From Candidatus Bipolaricaulia bacterium (GTDB taxonomy: Bacteria; Bipolaricaulota; Bipolaricaulia; RBG-16-55-9), in contig JBDGQO010000003.1 in the NCBI GenBank assembly GCA_042219045.1, positions 14,193 through 78,192 of the forward strand: a stretch of DNA of 64,000 nucleotides. Direction: 5' to 3'. A program made the position numbers and the translations under genes. Of the stretch, positions 47,487 through 56,302 are shown in pieces. The stretch's first letter is position 1; each line of letters begins with the position of its first letter. The notes below the pieces were generated by a model. It ran no database searches. It saw only the letters and a program-made list of their open reading frames with translations, and was not told the origin of the DNA.

Positions 47487-48523
47487 GAGTTCACCCCCGT
47501 CGGCTCTGGGTTCATGGGATCTGAGGCTGGTGCGTCCTCGATGCCGCGCCCGATCTTGTTGATCAGCTGATGGCTGACCGACTCGCCGGCCGTGCGCACG
47601 GCGTTCTTGATCGCCTCCGCATCGGAGTTGCCGTGGGCGACGATGACCGATCCCTTGACGCCCAACAGGGGCGCTCCGCCGTAGCGGGCGGCGCTCAAGC
47701 TCCGCTTGAACTTCTTCAAGGCGGGCATGATGACGAAGGATCCGAGCCGGGCCAAAATGTCGCGGGCGATGGCCCGACGCAGGAACTCCACGGTCGAGGC
47801 CGTGCCGCCCTCGTACGACTTCAAGAGGACGTTGCCCACGAAGCCGTCGCAGACGACGACGTCGACGCCGCCGTTCAGGATGCGGTTCCCTTCGATGTTG
47901 CCGATGAAGCCATCCAGTTGTTCCAGCAGGAAAAACGTCTTCAGCGCGAGCGAATTCCCCTTGCTCCGCTCCGAGCCGATGTTGATCATCCCGAGTCGCG
48001 GCTGGTCGACGTCGAGGATCTCCTGGGCGTAGACACGGCCCATAATGGCGAATTCCTTCAGGTTCTGCGGCGAGCAGTCGGCGTTGGCCCCCACGTCGAT
48101 CAACAGCACGTTGTGCCCGCTGACGGTCGGAATGACCGCGGCGATGCCCGGACGATCGATGCCCTCAATCCGGCCGAGCTTGAACAGCGACGTCGCCATG
48201 ACCGCTCCCGTGTTGGCCGGGCTGACGAACGCGTCCGCTAGCCCATCACGCACGGCCTCAACGCCGCGCACGAGCGAGCTCTCCGGCTTGTTCCGGATAA
48301 CGTCCTTTGGGGAGTCCTCCATGGACACGACGTCCGGTGCGTCAAGCACGGTCATGTGCTTGCGAGCTCGACGGCTCAGCTCGTCTTCAATGCTTTGGCG
48401 GTTGCCGGCCAGGATGACGTTCAGGTCGTGATCGGATGCCGCTTTCTCGCCGCCGCGGACGACCTCGCCGAGTTCGCGGTCGCCCCCTTGGGTATCAAGC
48501 ACAATGCGTGGGTATTGTTCCAT
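47483..48523 (-). CDS. plsX: Phosphate acyltransferase PlsX
   Basis: Start [51 protein letters not shown]. Confidence 0.96.
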   Translation of the reverse strand: MEQYPRIVLDTQGGDRELGEVVRGGEKAASDHDLNVILAGNRQSIEDELSRRARKHMTVLDAPDVVSMEDSPKDVIRNKPESSLVRGVEAVRDGLADAFVSPANTGAVMATSLFKLGRIEGIDRPGIAAVIPTVSGHNVLLIDVGANADCSPQNLKEFAIMGRVYAQEILDVDQPRLGMINIGSERSKGNSLALKTFFLLEQLDGFIGNIEGNRILNGGVDVVVCDGFVGNVLLKSYEGGTASTVEFLRRAIARDILARLGSFVIMPALKKFKRSLSAARYGGAPLLGVKGSVIVAHGNSDAEAIKNAVRTAGESVSHQLINKIGRGIEDAPASDPMNPEPTGVNS

Positions 48524-48553
48524 TGAGGGTCCTCTCCGCTTGGAGGGTCGACT

Positions 48554-48641
48554 TGGTGCCGAGGGGGGGATTCGAACCCCCACGGGGATTGCCCCCACAC
48601 GCCCCTCAAGCGTGCGCGTCTGCCGATTCCGCCACCTCGGC
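48554..48641 (-). tRNA. tRNA-Leu (anticodon GAG)
   Basis: Minus strand GCCGAGG acceptor stem, TGGCGGAATCGGCAGAC D-arm, CACGC-TTGAGGG-GCGTG anticodon arm, long variable arm, GGTTCGAATCC T-arm, encoded 3' CCA. Confidence 0.96.
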
Positions 48642-48665
48642 TCAGCGTCTGCCTTGAACCGTTGA

Positions 48666-48694
48666 ATGTTAGCGGACCTTCCCAACCCATGCAA
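48666..48694 (-). promoter_or_regulatory. Promoter of tRNA-Leu and possibly the plsX-fab operon
   Basis: Minus strand TTGCAT, 17 bp spacer, TAACAT. Confidence 0.55.
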
Positions 48695-48723
48695 GCAATC
48701 GCGACAAAGGGCCAGCGATGCGC

Positions 48724-50472
48724 TCAGGTTCGTCCGCCGATGAGGTCGCCTTTGGTGAGGTAACCGACGAGGCGTCGATTGTCCTCGCGGTCGACCACGG
48801 GGAGATGGCCGACTCCGTTGGTTCGCATGCGCTCCCAGACCGTGTCCAAGGTCTCGTCGGGATAGCCGACCACGAGATCCCGATGCGCGACTTCCTTGAC
48901 GGGCAGATCGCGCCCGTTCCGCCGCGTCCGAATGGCGTCGTTGATGTCTTGGCCTGTGACGATGCCGACCAGTTTGTTGCTGTCGCTCACCACGGGGAAG
49001 CCGTGATGGCCGGATTCAAGGATGCGTCGCCGCACGTGGCGCAACGTCATCCACGACGGCACGGTCTGCACGTCCGTGATCATCACGTCGCGGACGAAGC
49101 GGGTGCGCATCACGTTGACCTCGAGGTCGTGCTCGACGTGGACGCCGCGCCGCTCGAGCTTCTTGGTGTAGATCGTGTCGCTGTACAGGTGCCAGGCGAC
49201 GACGTCGGCCACGACACAGGCAAACATCAAGGGAAGGATGATGTTGTAGTCGCCCGTCATTTCGAACAGCATCAGAATCGACGTGAACGTCGCACGGGAC
49301 GCGGCGGAGAACAGAGCTGCCATGCCGACGAGGGCATACGCTGGGTACGGAGCCGTGACCTCGGGGAACATCAGGTTGACCAGCACGCCGAACGCCCCAC
49401 CGAGCGCGGCCCCGATAAACAAGGACGGGGCAAAGACGCCGCCGGAACCTCCCGAGCCGAGCGTCAACGATAGCGCGAGGGTCTTGACGCCCGCCAGCAC
49501 GACGAGGGAGACGACCAGTCCCAATCCGGCCTCGCCGATGTTGCGGCTCAGGATGGCGTCAACGGACTCATAACCCACCCCGAAGACCTCCGGAAACGCC
49601 AAGCCGATCACGCCGAGACCGAGCCCACCTGCAATCGGCTTGATCACCGGATGGGCCTTCCAGCGGTCGAAGAGGTCTTCCATGCCATAGAGCGTTTCGA
49701 TCAACAGCACGCCGACCCCGGACGCCAACAACCCCAGGAAGAGATAGAAGACCAGTTCAACGGGATGTGCGAACGCGTAGGCCGGAATAGCAAAAGCGGG
49801 CTCGCTGCCGAACACGAGCCGAGAAATCACGGTGGCGACGACGCTGGCGATCACGAGGGGGACGAACGACTTCGTGCGGAACTCCAGCAGGATCAGCTCG
49901 ATCGCGAACACGACCCCAGCCAGCGGCGTGTTGAAGGTCGCCGTGATGCCGGCAGCCGCGCCGCAGCCAACGAGGACTTTGACGTCACGACTGCTCAGAC
50001 CGAACAGTTGCCCCAGCGCCGAGCCAGAGGCCGAGCCCATCTGGACGATCGGGCCCTCTCGGCCGGAGGAGCCGCCAGTGCCGATGCAAAATGCTGAGGC
50101 TAACGCCTTGGCCAGCACGACGATCGGTCGAATGCGCCCGCCGTGCATGGCGATCGCCTCCATGGCCTCCGGAACGCCGTGCCCTTTGGTCTCCGGCGCC
50201 AAGTACGTGGTGATCAACCCGACTAGCAGGCCGCCGGCAGCCGGGACCAGGATGACAACCCAACCCAGCCCATGATCGAGCGGGGGGATGAACCCGAGCG
50301 TAAGCTCCTGATGGAAAAAGAGGTTGTTGACTCCGAACAGGAACCATCGGAAAAGGACCGCAGCTAGACCGGCGGCAATGCCGATTAAGACGGCTAGTCC
50401 GTTGATTGGCAGGCTCTGCCTTAGCAGCTGCCGGACTTGATGACCGAAGCGCCTAGAGGGCTCGTCACGCAT
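48724..50472 (-). CDS. ClC chloride channel/antiporter with C-terminal CBS pair
   Basis: GHGVPE, GREGP, FNTPLAGVVF, GGVFAP, IYT; two CBS domains; start approximate (MRDEPS). Confidence 0.93.
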   Translation of the reverse strand: MRDEPSRRFGHQVRQLLRQSLPINGLAVLIGIAAGLAAVLFRWFLFGVNNLFFHQELTLGFIPPLDHGLGWVVILVPAAGGLLVGLITTYLAPETKGHGVPEAMEAIAMHGGRIRPIVVLAKALASAFCIGTGGSSGREGPIVQMGSASGSALGQLFGLSSRDVKVLVGCGAAAGITATFNTPLAGVVFAIELILLEFRTKSFVPLVIASVVATVISRLVFGSEPAFAIPAYAFAHPVELVFYLFLGLLASGVGVLLIETLYGMEDLFDRWKAHPVIKPIAGGLGLGVIGLAFPEVFGVGYESVDAILSRNIGEAGLGLVVSLVVLAGVKTLALSLTLGSGGSGGVFAPSLFIGAALGGAFGVLVNLMFPEVTAPYPAYALVGMAALFSAASRATFTSILMLFEMTGDYNIILPLMFACVVADVVAWHLYSDTIYTKKLERRGVHVEHDLEVNVMRTRFVRDVMITDVQTVPSWMTLRHVRRRILESGHHGFPVVSDSNKLVGIVTGQDINDAIRTRRNGRDLPVKEVAHRDLVVGYPDETLDTVWERMRTNGVGHLPVVDREDNRRLVGYLTKGDLIGGRT

Positions 50473-50636
50473 AGCTGTGAAGGATCCTCTTAATGTAGCT
50501 GCTCTCCGTCGGCAAAACAAGTCGCAAGGGTCCATCTGGGATCGACGGTTGCAGCCGAAGGATTGCCAAAGTACCATCCAGAAGCTACGTGATAGCTTCA
50601 TAGCTTGGTAAGCAACTCGAATGACCACAACCCGTC

Positions 50637-52487
50637 ATGGCTCAGCCGATAAATAGCCCAACCGGCCAGTCCTTCGTGCTCGACACAAGCGTCATCTCTG
50701 ACGGCCGCGTCACGGAGGAGCTGCGCGAGGGCCGGTTCCGCGGCGCGACGTTCATCATCCCCGAAGCCGCCGTCGCCGAGCTGGAAGCCCAGGCTGAAAG
50801 CGCCCAGGAAGCAGGCTATGCCGGGCTCAACGAGCTGAAACAGCTCCAGAGCGCCAGCTGGGAGGGGACCATCGATCTGTCCTATAGCGGCGAACGCCCC
50901 CCTCACATGACGCTGCGCAACTTCGACAAGGCCCACATTGACGCCATGATTCGCCAACTGGCCGAGGCCGAGGGGGCAACCCTGCTCACTAGCGATCGCG
51001 TCCAGTCGTTGGTCTGCGAGGCGCGCGGCGTGCCCGTCTACAGCTTTGAGACGTCAGGGGTCAGTGCGGATCGTATCGATTCCCTGACGTTGATGGAGTT
51101 TTTCGATGAGTCCACCATGTCGGTCCATCTCCGGGCCCACACCCGTCCGCGAGCCAAGCGGGGCGAGCCCGGCGAAATGGAGATTGTCCCCATTCGCGAG
51201 GCGGTCCTCACCGAGCGCGAGGTCACCTCGATCTCGCGAGAGATCGTCGAGGCGGCCAAACAGCATCCCGATGGCTTCATTGAGATGGACTCCGGCGGGT
51301 CTACCGTGCTGCAGCTCGGCAAGCTGCGCATCTCCATCGCTCGGCCGCCGTTTTCCGATGCCGTGGAGATCACGGCCGTGCGGCCCGTGGCTCACACTGA
51401 CCTGGTGGACTACGCTTACTCGGATCTGCTGAAGGAACGCATGCGGCAGCGCTATCGCGGCGTGCTCGTGGCCGGCTCGCCCGGCGCGGGCAAGTCGACG
51501 TTCGTGCAGGCGACGGCGGACTATCTGGAGTCGGCGGGGTGGGTCATCAAGACGATGGAGAAGCCGCGCGACTTGGTCGTCAGCGACGAGATCACCCAAT
51601 ACACGGCCCTTGAGGGCGACATGGCCAACACGGCCGACGTGCTGTTGTTGGTGCGTCCCGACTACACGATCTTTGACGAAATGCGGCGCACGGCCGACTT
51701 CCAAGTCTTCGCCGACATGCGGCTTGCGGGCGTCGGCATGGTCGGCGTCGTCCATGCCACGCGCGGCATCGATGCGCTCCAGCGCCTGATCGGCCGCGTT
51801 GAACTGGGCATGATTCCCCAGGTCGTCGATACGGTCGTCTTTATCGACGAGGGCGATATCCGCCAAGTCTACGAGCTGGAGTTCAACGTCAAGGTGCCCA
51901 CGGGGATGGGCGATTCCGACTTGGCCCGACCCGTGATCCAGGTCAGCGACCACGAGTCCAAGCAACTGGCCTACGAGATCTACACCTTCGGCGAGCAGGT
52001 CGTCGTGATGCCCATCGGCGACGTCGCCGCGGAAAAGCCCATCTGGCAACTGGCGGAGAAGTCACTCGAGTACGAGATCGGCAAGATCTTCCGCGATCAC
52101 ATCGTCGTCGAAGTGACCTCCGACGAGCGGGCCAAGCTCTACGTCGAGGACAATCGGATCCCGCAGGTGTTGGGCAAGGGCGGGGAACGTATCCGACAGC
52201 TGGAAGAGCAGTTCGGCATGAGCTTCGACGTCCGCTCCATCGACGACATGGACCTGTCAGCGGGCCAAGAGCTGGAGGTCGACATCAATGACAAGCAAGT
52301 CGTTCTCGATCTCGACCCCGACCTGCGCGGCAAGACGATCGAATTGACGGTCGACGGCGAGGCCGTTTTCATCGGCTCGGTCTCGAAGTCGGGCAGCATC
52401 AAGCTGCGCCGCGGCAGCGATCCGGCCGAGGAGGTCGTTGACGCGGTTGAACGCGGCCGGCCCGTCCGGGCACGGCGCGCCGGTTGA
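50637..52487 (+). CDS. PIN domain-ATPase-KH protein (archaeal PINA-like)
   Basis: PIN (VLDTSV..AELE..IDAMI..TSDRVQ), Walker A GSPGAGKST, KTMEKPRDL, RPDYTIFDEMR, FADMRLAGVGMVGVVHA, C-terminal KH (VLGKGGERIRQLE). Confidence 0.9.
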   Translation: MAQPINSPTGQSFVLDTSVISDGRVTEELREGRFRGATFIIPEAAVAELEAQAESAQEAGYAGLNELKQLQSASWEGTIDLSYSGERPPHMTLRNFDKAHIDAMIRQLAEAEGATLLTSDRVQSLVCEARGVPVYSFETSGVSADRIDSLTLMEFFDESTMSVHLRAHTRPRAKRGEPGEMEIVPIREAVLTEREVTSISREIVEAAKQHPDGFIEMDSGGSTVLQLGKLRISIARPPFSDAVEITAVRPVAHTDLVDYAYSDLLKERMRQRYRGVLVAGSPGAGKSTFVQATADYLESAGWVIKTMEKPRDLVVSDEITQYTALEGDMANTADVLLLVRPDYTIFDEMRRTADFQVFADMRLAGVGMVGVVHATRGIDALQRLIGRVELGMIPQVVDTVVFIDEGDIRQVYELEFNVKVPTGMGDSDLARPVIQVSDHESKQLAYEIYTFGEQVVVMPIGDVAAEKPIWQLAEKSLEYEIGKIFRDHIVVEVTSDERAKLYVEDNRIPQVLGKGGERIRQLEEQFGMSFDVRSIDDMDLSAGQELEVDINDKQVVLDLDPDLRGKTIELTVDGEAVFIGSVSKSGSIKLRRGSDPAEEVVDAVERGRPVRARRAG

Positions 52488-52513
52488 TCCATTCCATGGA
52501 GGTCTGAAGCGAC

Positions 52514-52876
52514 ATGACGATCATCAACGTCCATCAATGGCTCGGCTATGCCATCTTTCTCGTCGGGGTTATCGTCACGATCGGGAGCTTCGTCGCCGCT
52601 CGACGTGAGGAGCCCGGCGCGCTTCGTGGCCTCGCTGGCAGCTTCGCGGGGCTGATGCACCTGCAGGTTCTACTCGGATTGGCCGTCTGGTTCGGGGTGT
52701 TCGGCGTCCAAGGTCAGCGCAACATTCTCCACTTGATCGCAGCTGTGCTCGCCGCTGTCATTGGCCAATTGGCCGCCCGCCAGCTCCGCTCATCCGAGAG
52801 CATGCACAACGCCCGTTGGTTCCATCTGGGAACGCTTGCTCTCCTCGTGGCTGCAATCGGCATCGCCTCGATGTAG
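52514..52876 (+). CDS. Small four-TM membrane protein with intramembrane histidines
   Basis: GGAGG SD; four hydrophobic helices; HQWL, HLQVLLG, HLIAA, FHLG. Confidence 0.7.
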   Translation: MTIINVHQWLGYAIFLVGVIVTIGSFVAARREEPGALRGLAGSFAGLMHLQVLLGLAVWFGVFGVQGQRNILHLIAAVLAAVIGQLAARQLRSSESMHNARWFHLGTLALLVAAIGIASM

Positions 52877-52966
52877 GCAACGCGGACAGAGTCGTCTTGT
52901 GGCCTGTTTCGAACTTAGGTACCCTGACTGACGAGGTTCTTGATCCCGAAAGAGGAGGGACATCCG

Positions 52967-53890
52967 ATGGCTCAGCGGCCCGACACCGACGAGTGGGATG
53001 AGACGCTGGACGAGGAGAACGACACGGAAGCCGGAAGCGACGATCCCGTCCAGACCTATCTCAAGGAGATCGGCCGCGTCAACCTCCTCACGCCCGAGGG
53101 CGAAAAGGACATCGCTCGTCGCGTCCAGGAAGGCGACGAGGAGGCCAAAGCCGAGTTGGCAGCGGCCAACCTCCGCCTCGTCGTCTCCATCGCCAAGCGC
53201 TACACCGGGCTCGGCTTGCCGCTGTTGGACCTCATCCAGGAGGGCAACGTCGGGCTGATGCGGGCCATTGAAAAGTTCGACCCAGAGCGCGGGTTCAAGT
53301 TCAGCACGTATGCCACCTGGTGGATTCGCCAAGCCATCACGCGGGCAATCACCCAGACGTCTCGCTCCATTCGGCTGCCGGAATCGCTGATCCAGCGGCT
53401 ACGCCAGATCCACCAAGCCGAGTCATCGTGGATCGACAAGTACGGCGAGCCGCCCACCGACGAAGACCTCGCCGATGAGCTGGACATCCCGGTGGAGCAG
53501 GTCCACGAAGCCCGGCAGGCCCCGCAGTTTACGACATCGCTGGACAAGCCCTTGGACGAAGAGGACGAAGGGGACGAGCTGCAACAGCTCATCGGCAACG
53601 GCAGCTTGCCGGCGCCGCTGCGCACGGCCCTGAAGGAGCTCCGTCGCGAGGAGCTGCGCAAGGCGCTTGACATCCTGACCGAACGCGAGCGCATGGTCCT
53701 CAGCCTGCGCTACGGCCTGGACGACGACGAACCCCGCACCCTGGAGGACACGGGCCAGGAGCTCGGCATCAGCCGCGAGCGGGTCCGACAAATCCAGAAC
53801 GAGGCACTGGAAAAGATGCGCCATCCGCGGGTCAAGGAGCGGCTGGAACAGTTCCTACACCTGTCGTCATCCGACGACACCGAGAGCTAA
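52967..53890 (+). CDS. Sigma-70 family RNA polymerase sigma factor (RpoD/RpoS-like, lacking region 1.1)
   Basis: [64 protein letters not shown]. Confidence 0.93.
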   Translation: MAQRPDTDEWDETLDEENDTEAGSDDPVQTYLKEIGRVNLLTPEGEKDIARRVQEGDEEAKAELAAANLRLVVSIAKRYTGLGLPLLDLIQEGNVGLMRAIEKFDPERGFKFSTYATWWIRQAITRAITQTSRSIRLPESLIQRLRQIHQAESSWIDKYGEPPTDEDLADELDIPVEQVHEARQAPQFTTSLDKPLDEEDEGDELQQLIGNGSLPAPLRTALKELRREELRKALDILTERERMVLSLRYGLDDDEPRTLEDTGQELGISRERVRQIQNEALEKMRHPRVKERLEQFLHLSSSDDTES

Positions 53891-55491
53891 AAGCCGCCCC
53901 GTGCAATCACGATCCCGACTTGCAATAGCCCGATCAGAAAACCCAACAGCGCCCCAAACCACGTAATTGCCTGGAGTTGACGGCTCGTGATGGACAATAT
54001 GAGCTTTTCAACATCGGCAATCGGCAGGGCGTCGACCTGTTCGCGCACGAGGCGGCGAACGTCGATGGCCTGGACCATGCGCGGCGTCTCGTGTTTGAGG
54101 AGATCGATCGTCTGATCGGCCAGCCACTGTTGGCTTGCCTGGATGTCTTCGCCGCGCACCAAATCGGCGATCCGCCCGATGGGACGCTTCGACCAAGTGT
54201 CGATGCGCTTGCCGAGGAAGTCGGCGATGGCGGTCGACGTCCGTTCGTTGCGAAGTGAGGTCATGATGAGCTCAGTCATGCGGTTGGTGAGCCATTCGCT
54301 GGAGAGGGTCGGGATGATCTCCTGCAGCGATCGGTCGCGGTGCTCGGTCAGTTGGGTGCGCAACAGCTCGGTGATCTGATCCCGCAAGCGATCGCTGCGG
54401 GCCGTGCCGACGACCATGTCCGTGATCCGGGTCTTGAGCGATGCGACCGTCGCTTCGGACAGGCCCAACTCAGCCGGGTGTCGCTCCAGAAAACGCTCGA
54501 TGGCCCCTTGCAGGGCACCGTGGGCCTGCTCCTGCATCTCCGGCTCCTGGAGCAATTCGGCCAAGCGCGGGGCGGCCTCGTCCACGGCCTGGTCGATGCG
54601 GTTCTTGATGTCGTCGGTGCTGACGAAGAACGTCTCCATGAGCCCGAACTTGAACTGATCCCACATGGAGTCCTCTCGGAACGTTTCCGAGATCATCCGG
54701 TCGGCCAGCTCGTAGAGGTGGACCTTGAGCCGCTTCTTGATCGCCTCGTCTTCCAAGAGCACCGATATCTTGTCCAACAGCACAGGCATCCACTCGTCCA
54801 GCTTGTCGTAGGCGATCTCCCGGAGATCGTCCGGAACGTAGGTGCCAATCGGCTGGTCGGTCGCCAAGACGGCGTCGACTTTGGCATCGACGAGGTCGCG
54901 AACCCGACGCTCAAAGGAGCGGCTCTCCGAGAAACGGACGGCGGCATGGCTCAGTCGGTCGGGCAGCTCGTCCAGGAACGACTCGGGCAGGACGTCGTCG
55001 ATGGGCTCGGTCAGCCATGCGGACGCGTGTTCCTCGACGAGGTCGCGGATCCAGACCTCGGTGCGCGGATCGTCCAGGATCGCCTGGACTTCCGTGCGGA
55101 CCCGGCGCTGCAGCGCCTCCATCCAGTCGTCCCAACGGTCGGCGAACTCATCCGGCAGCAGCGTCTGGAGCGAACCGAGTTCGCGGTGGACCCATCCATC
55201 CAGGTGTTCGGCGACGCTGGATTCGATGGCGTTGCGGACCTCGGGCGTTTCCAGCCGGGAGGCGACCGTGTCCTCGTTGACCAAATGGATGGCGATCGTC
55301 TCGCCCAGTCGCTCGGCCATCTCGCCGCGACGGCTCGGGATGAGCCCGGGCGTAAACGGCAGTCGTCGCCCGAAGAGCCGTTTTTCCCCGTAGGGCTTGA
55401 ACAGCATCCAGATGGCAATTCGGTTGGTGGTATAGCCGATGACAGCCGCCACTAGCGGAATCCCAATAAACAGCAGCCAGTCCCAAGTCAT
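53887..55491 (-). CDS. DUF445 family membrane protein
   Basis: [24 protein letters not shown]-terminus; [17 protein letters not shown]-terminus; acidic helical middle. Confidence 0.88.
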   Translation of the reverse strand: MTWDWLLFIGIPLVAAVIGYTTNRIAIWMLFKPYGEKRLFGRRLPFTPGLIPSRRGEMAERLGETIAIHLVNEDTVASRLETPEVRNAIESSVAEHLDGWVHRELGSLQTLLPDEFADRWDDWMEALQRRVRTEVQAILDDPRTEVWIRDLVEEHASAWLTEPIDDVLPESFLDELPDRLSHAAVRFSESRSFERRVRDLVDAKVDAVLATDQPIGTYVPDDLREIAYDKLDEWMPVLLDKISVLLEDEAIKKRLKVHLYELADRMISETFREDSMWDQFKFGLMETFFVSTDDIKNRIDQAVDEAAPRLAELLQEPEMQEQAHGALQGAIERFLERHPAELGLSEATVASLKTRITDMVVGTARSDRLRDQITELLRTQLTEHRDRSLQEIIPTLSSEWLTNRMTELIMTSLRNERTSTAIADFLGKRIDTWSKRPIGRIADLVRGEDIQASQQWLADQTIDLLKHETPRMVQAIDVRRLVREQVDALPIADVEKLILSITSRQLQAITWFGALLGFLIGLLQVGIVIARGGF

Positions 55492-55557
55492 AAGCGTCGG
55501 CAGAGTAGCATATCGGGGTCACAGGCGCCACGATGCGCTGTGCGTTAGGATACGGCA

Positions 55558-55806
55558 ATGGCGCGAACCGTGACTCTGTACAGCAAGCCAGAATGCCCAC
55601 TCTGCGACAAGGCTGAAGCCCAATTGCGCAAGCTGCTCTCCTCGGCATGGGCGCTCGAGGTCGTCGACATCACCAAGGACGAAAATCTTTACGCTCGCTA
55701 TTGGGCCCAGATCCCGGTCGTCGCGTTCGCGGATGGCCCGACGCTCTACGCACCGATCGAGGAGGCCGAGCTGCGACAGGTGCTGCGCCGCCAGCAGCGT
55801 CCCTGA
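55558..55806 (+). CDS. Glutaredoxin-like protein (DUF836)
   Basis: LYSKPECPLCD, VDI..L.ARY..IPVV. Confidence 0.88.
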   Translation: MARTVTLYSKPECPLCDKAEAQLRKLLSSAWALEVVDITKDENLYARYWAQIPVVAFADGPTLYAPIEEAELRQVLRRQQRP

Positions 55807-56268
55807 CTACCAGCGCTGGTACGCCGGGTGACCCGGTTGGACGACGATGAACGTGCCGCGGAACGTAGCGCAGAGCTCGTCTTGGGCGATCAGCTCGGAC
55901 TCGACCGTCACCCGATCCGACTGGATCTCCACGGCCCGACCGCGCAGCTCGATGGGGGCCTCCGTTGGCGTCGGGCGCCGGAACTTGACCGCATACTTGC
56001 CGGTCACGGTGGCCGGCGGGTGGTCGAGTTCCTGCTGTTGCATCATGTGCCACAAGCCGGTCCAGTTGGAGTGACAGTCGAAGAGCGTCCCGATGATGCC
56101 GCCGTTCAGGATGTTCGGCGCGGCTTCGTATTGGGGCTTCGGCTGCCAGCGGGCGACGACGTCCTCGCCCTCGGGGTAACTCCGGATCTGCAATCCCTGG
56201 GGATTGGCCGGTCCGCAGCCGAAGCAGACGTTGTCGGGGGCGTAGGTATCTTGGAGGCTACTCGTCAT
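55807..56268 (-). CDS. PaaI-type hotdog-fold thioesterase
   Basis: CFGCGPANPQGL, LNGGIIGTLFDCH, VKFRRPTP. Confidence 0.88.
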   Translation of the reverse strand: MTSSLQDTYAPDNVCFGCGPANPQGLQIRSYPEGEDVVARWQPKPQYEAAPNILNGGIIGTLFDCHSNWTGLWHMMQQQELDHPPATVTGKYAVKFRRPTPTEAPIELRGRAVEIQSDRVTVESELIAQDELCATFRGTFIVVQPGHPAYQRW

Positions 56269-56302
56269 GACGTCGATTATAGGCCGTTCGTTCCAGCTGA
56301 CG

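Noticed and set aside
48554..48641. tRNA-Leu as an integration site for an island
   Set aside because: No integrase and no duplicated tRNA 3' end seen; flanked by housekeeping genes
47483..48694. 403-aa extended plsX ORF (similar extensions for gcvH from 12080 and ClC from 50628)
   Set aside because: The extension runs through the tRNA or a neighbouring gene or spacer; downstream starts have better SD and family N-termini
50473..50636. Fluoride riboswitch upstream of the ClC gene, or a c-di-GMP-I-like motif (GGCAAAAC..GTCGCAA..GCAGCC..TTGCC) on the plus strand
   Set aside because: No fluoride consensus on the minus strand and the ClC lacks fluoride-type motifs; the c-di-GMP-like words lack the GNRA-capped P2 stem. 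An Infernal scan would settle it
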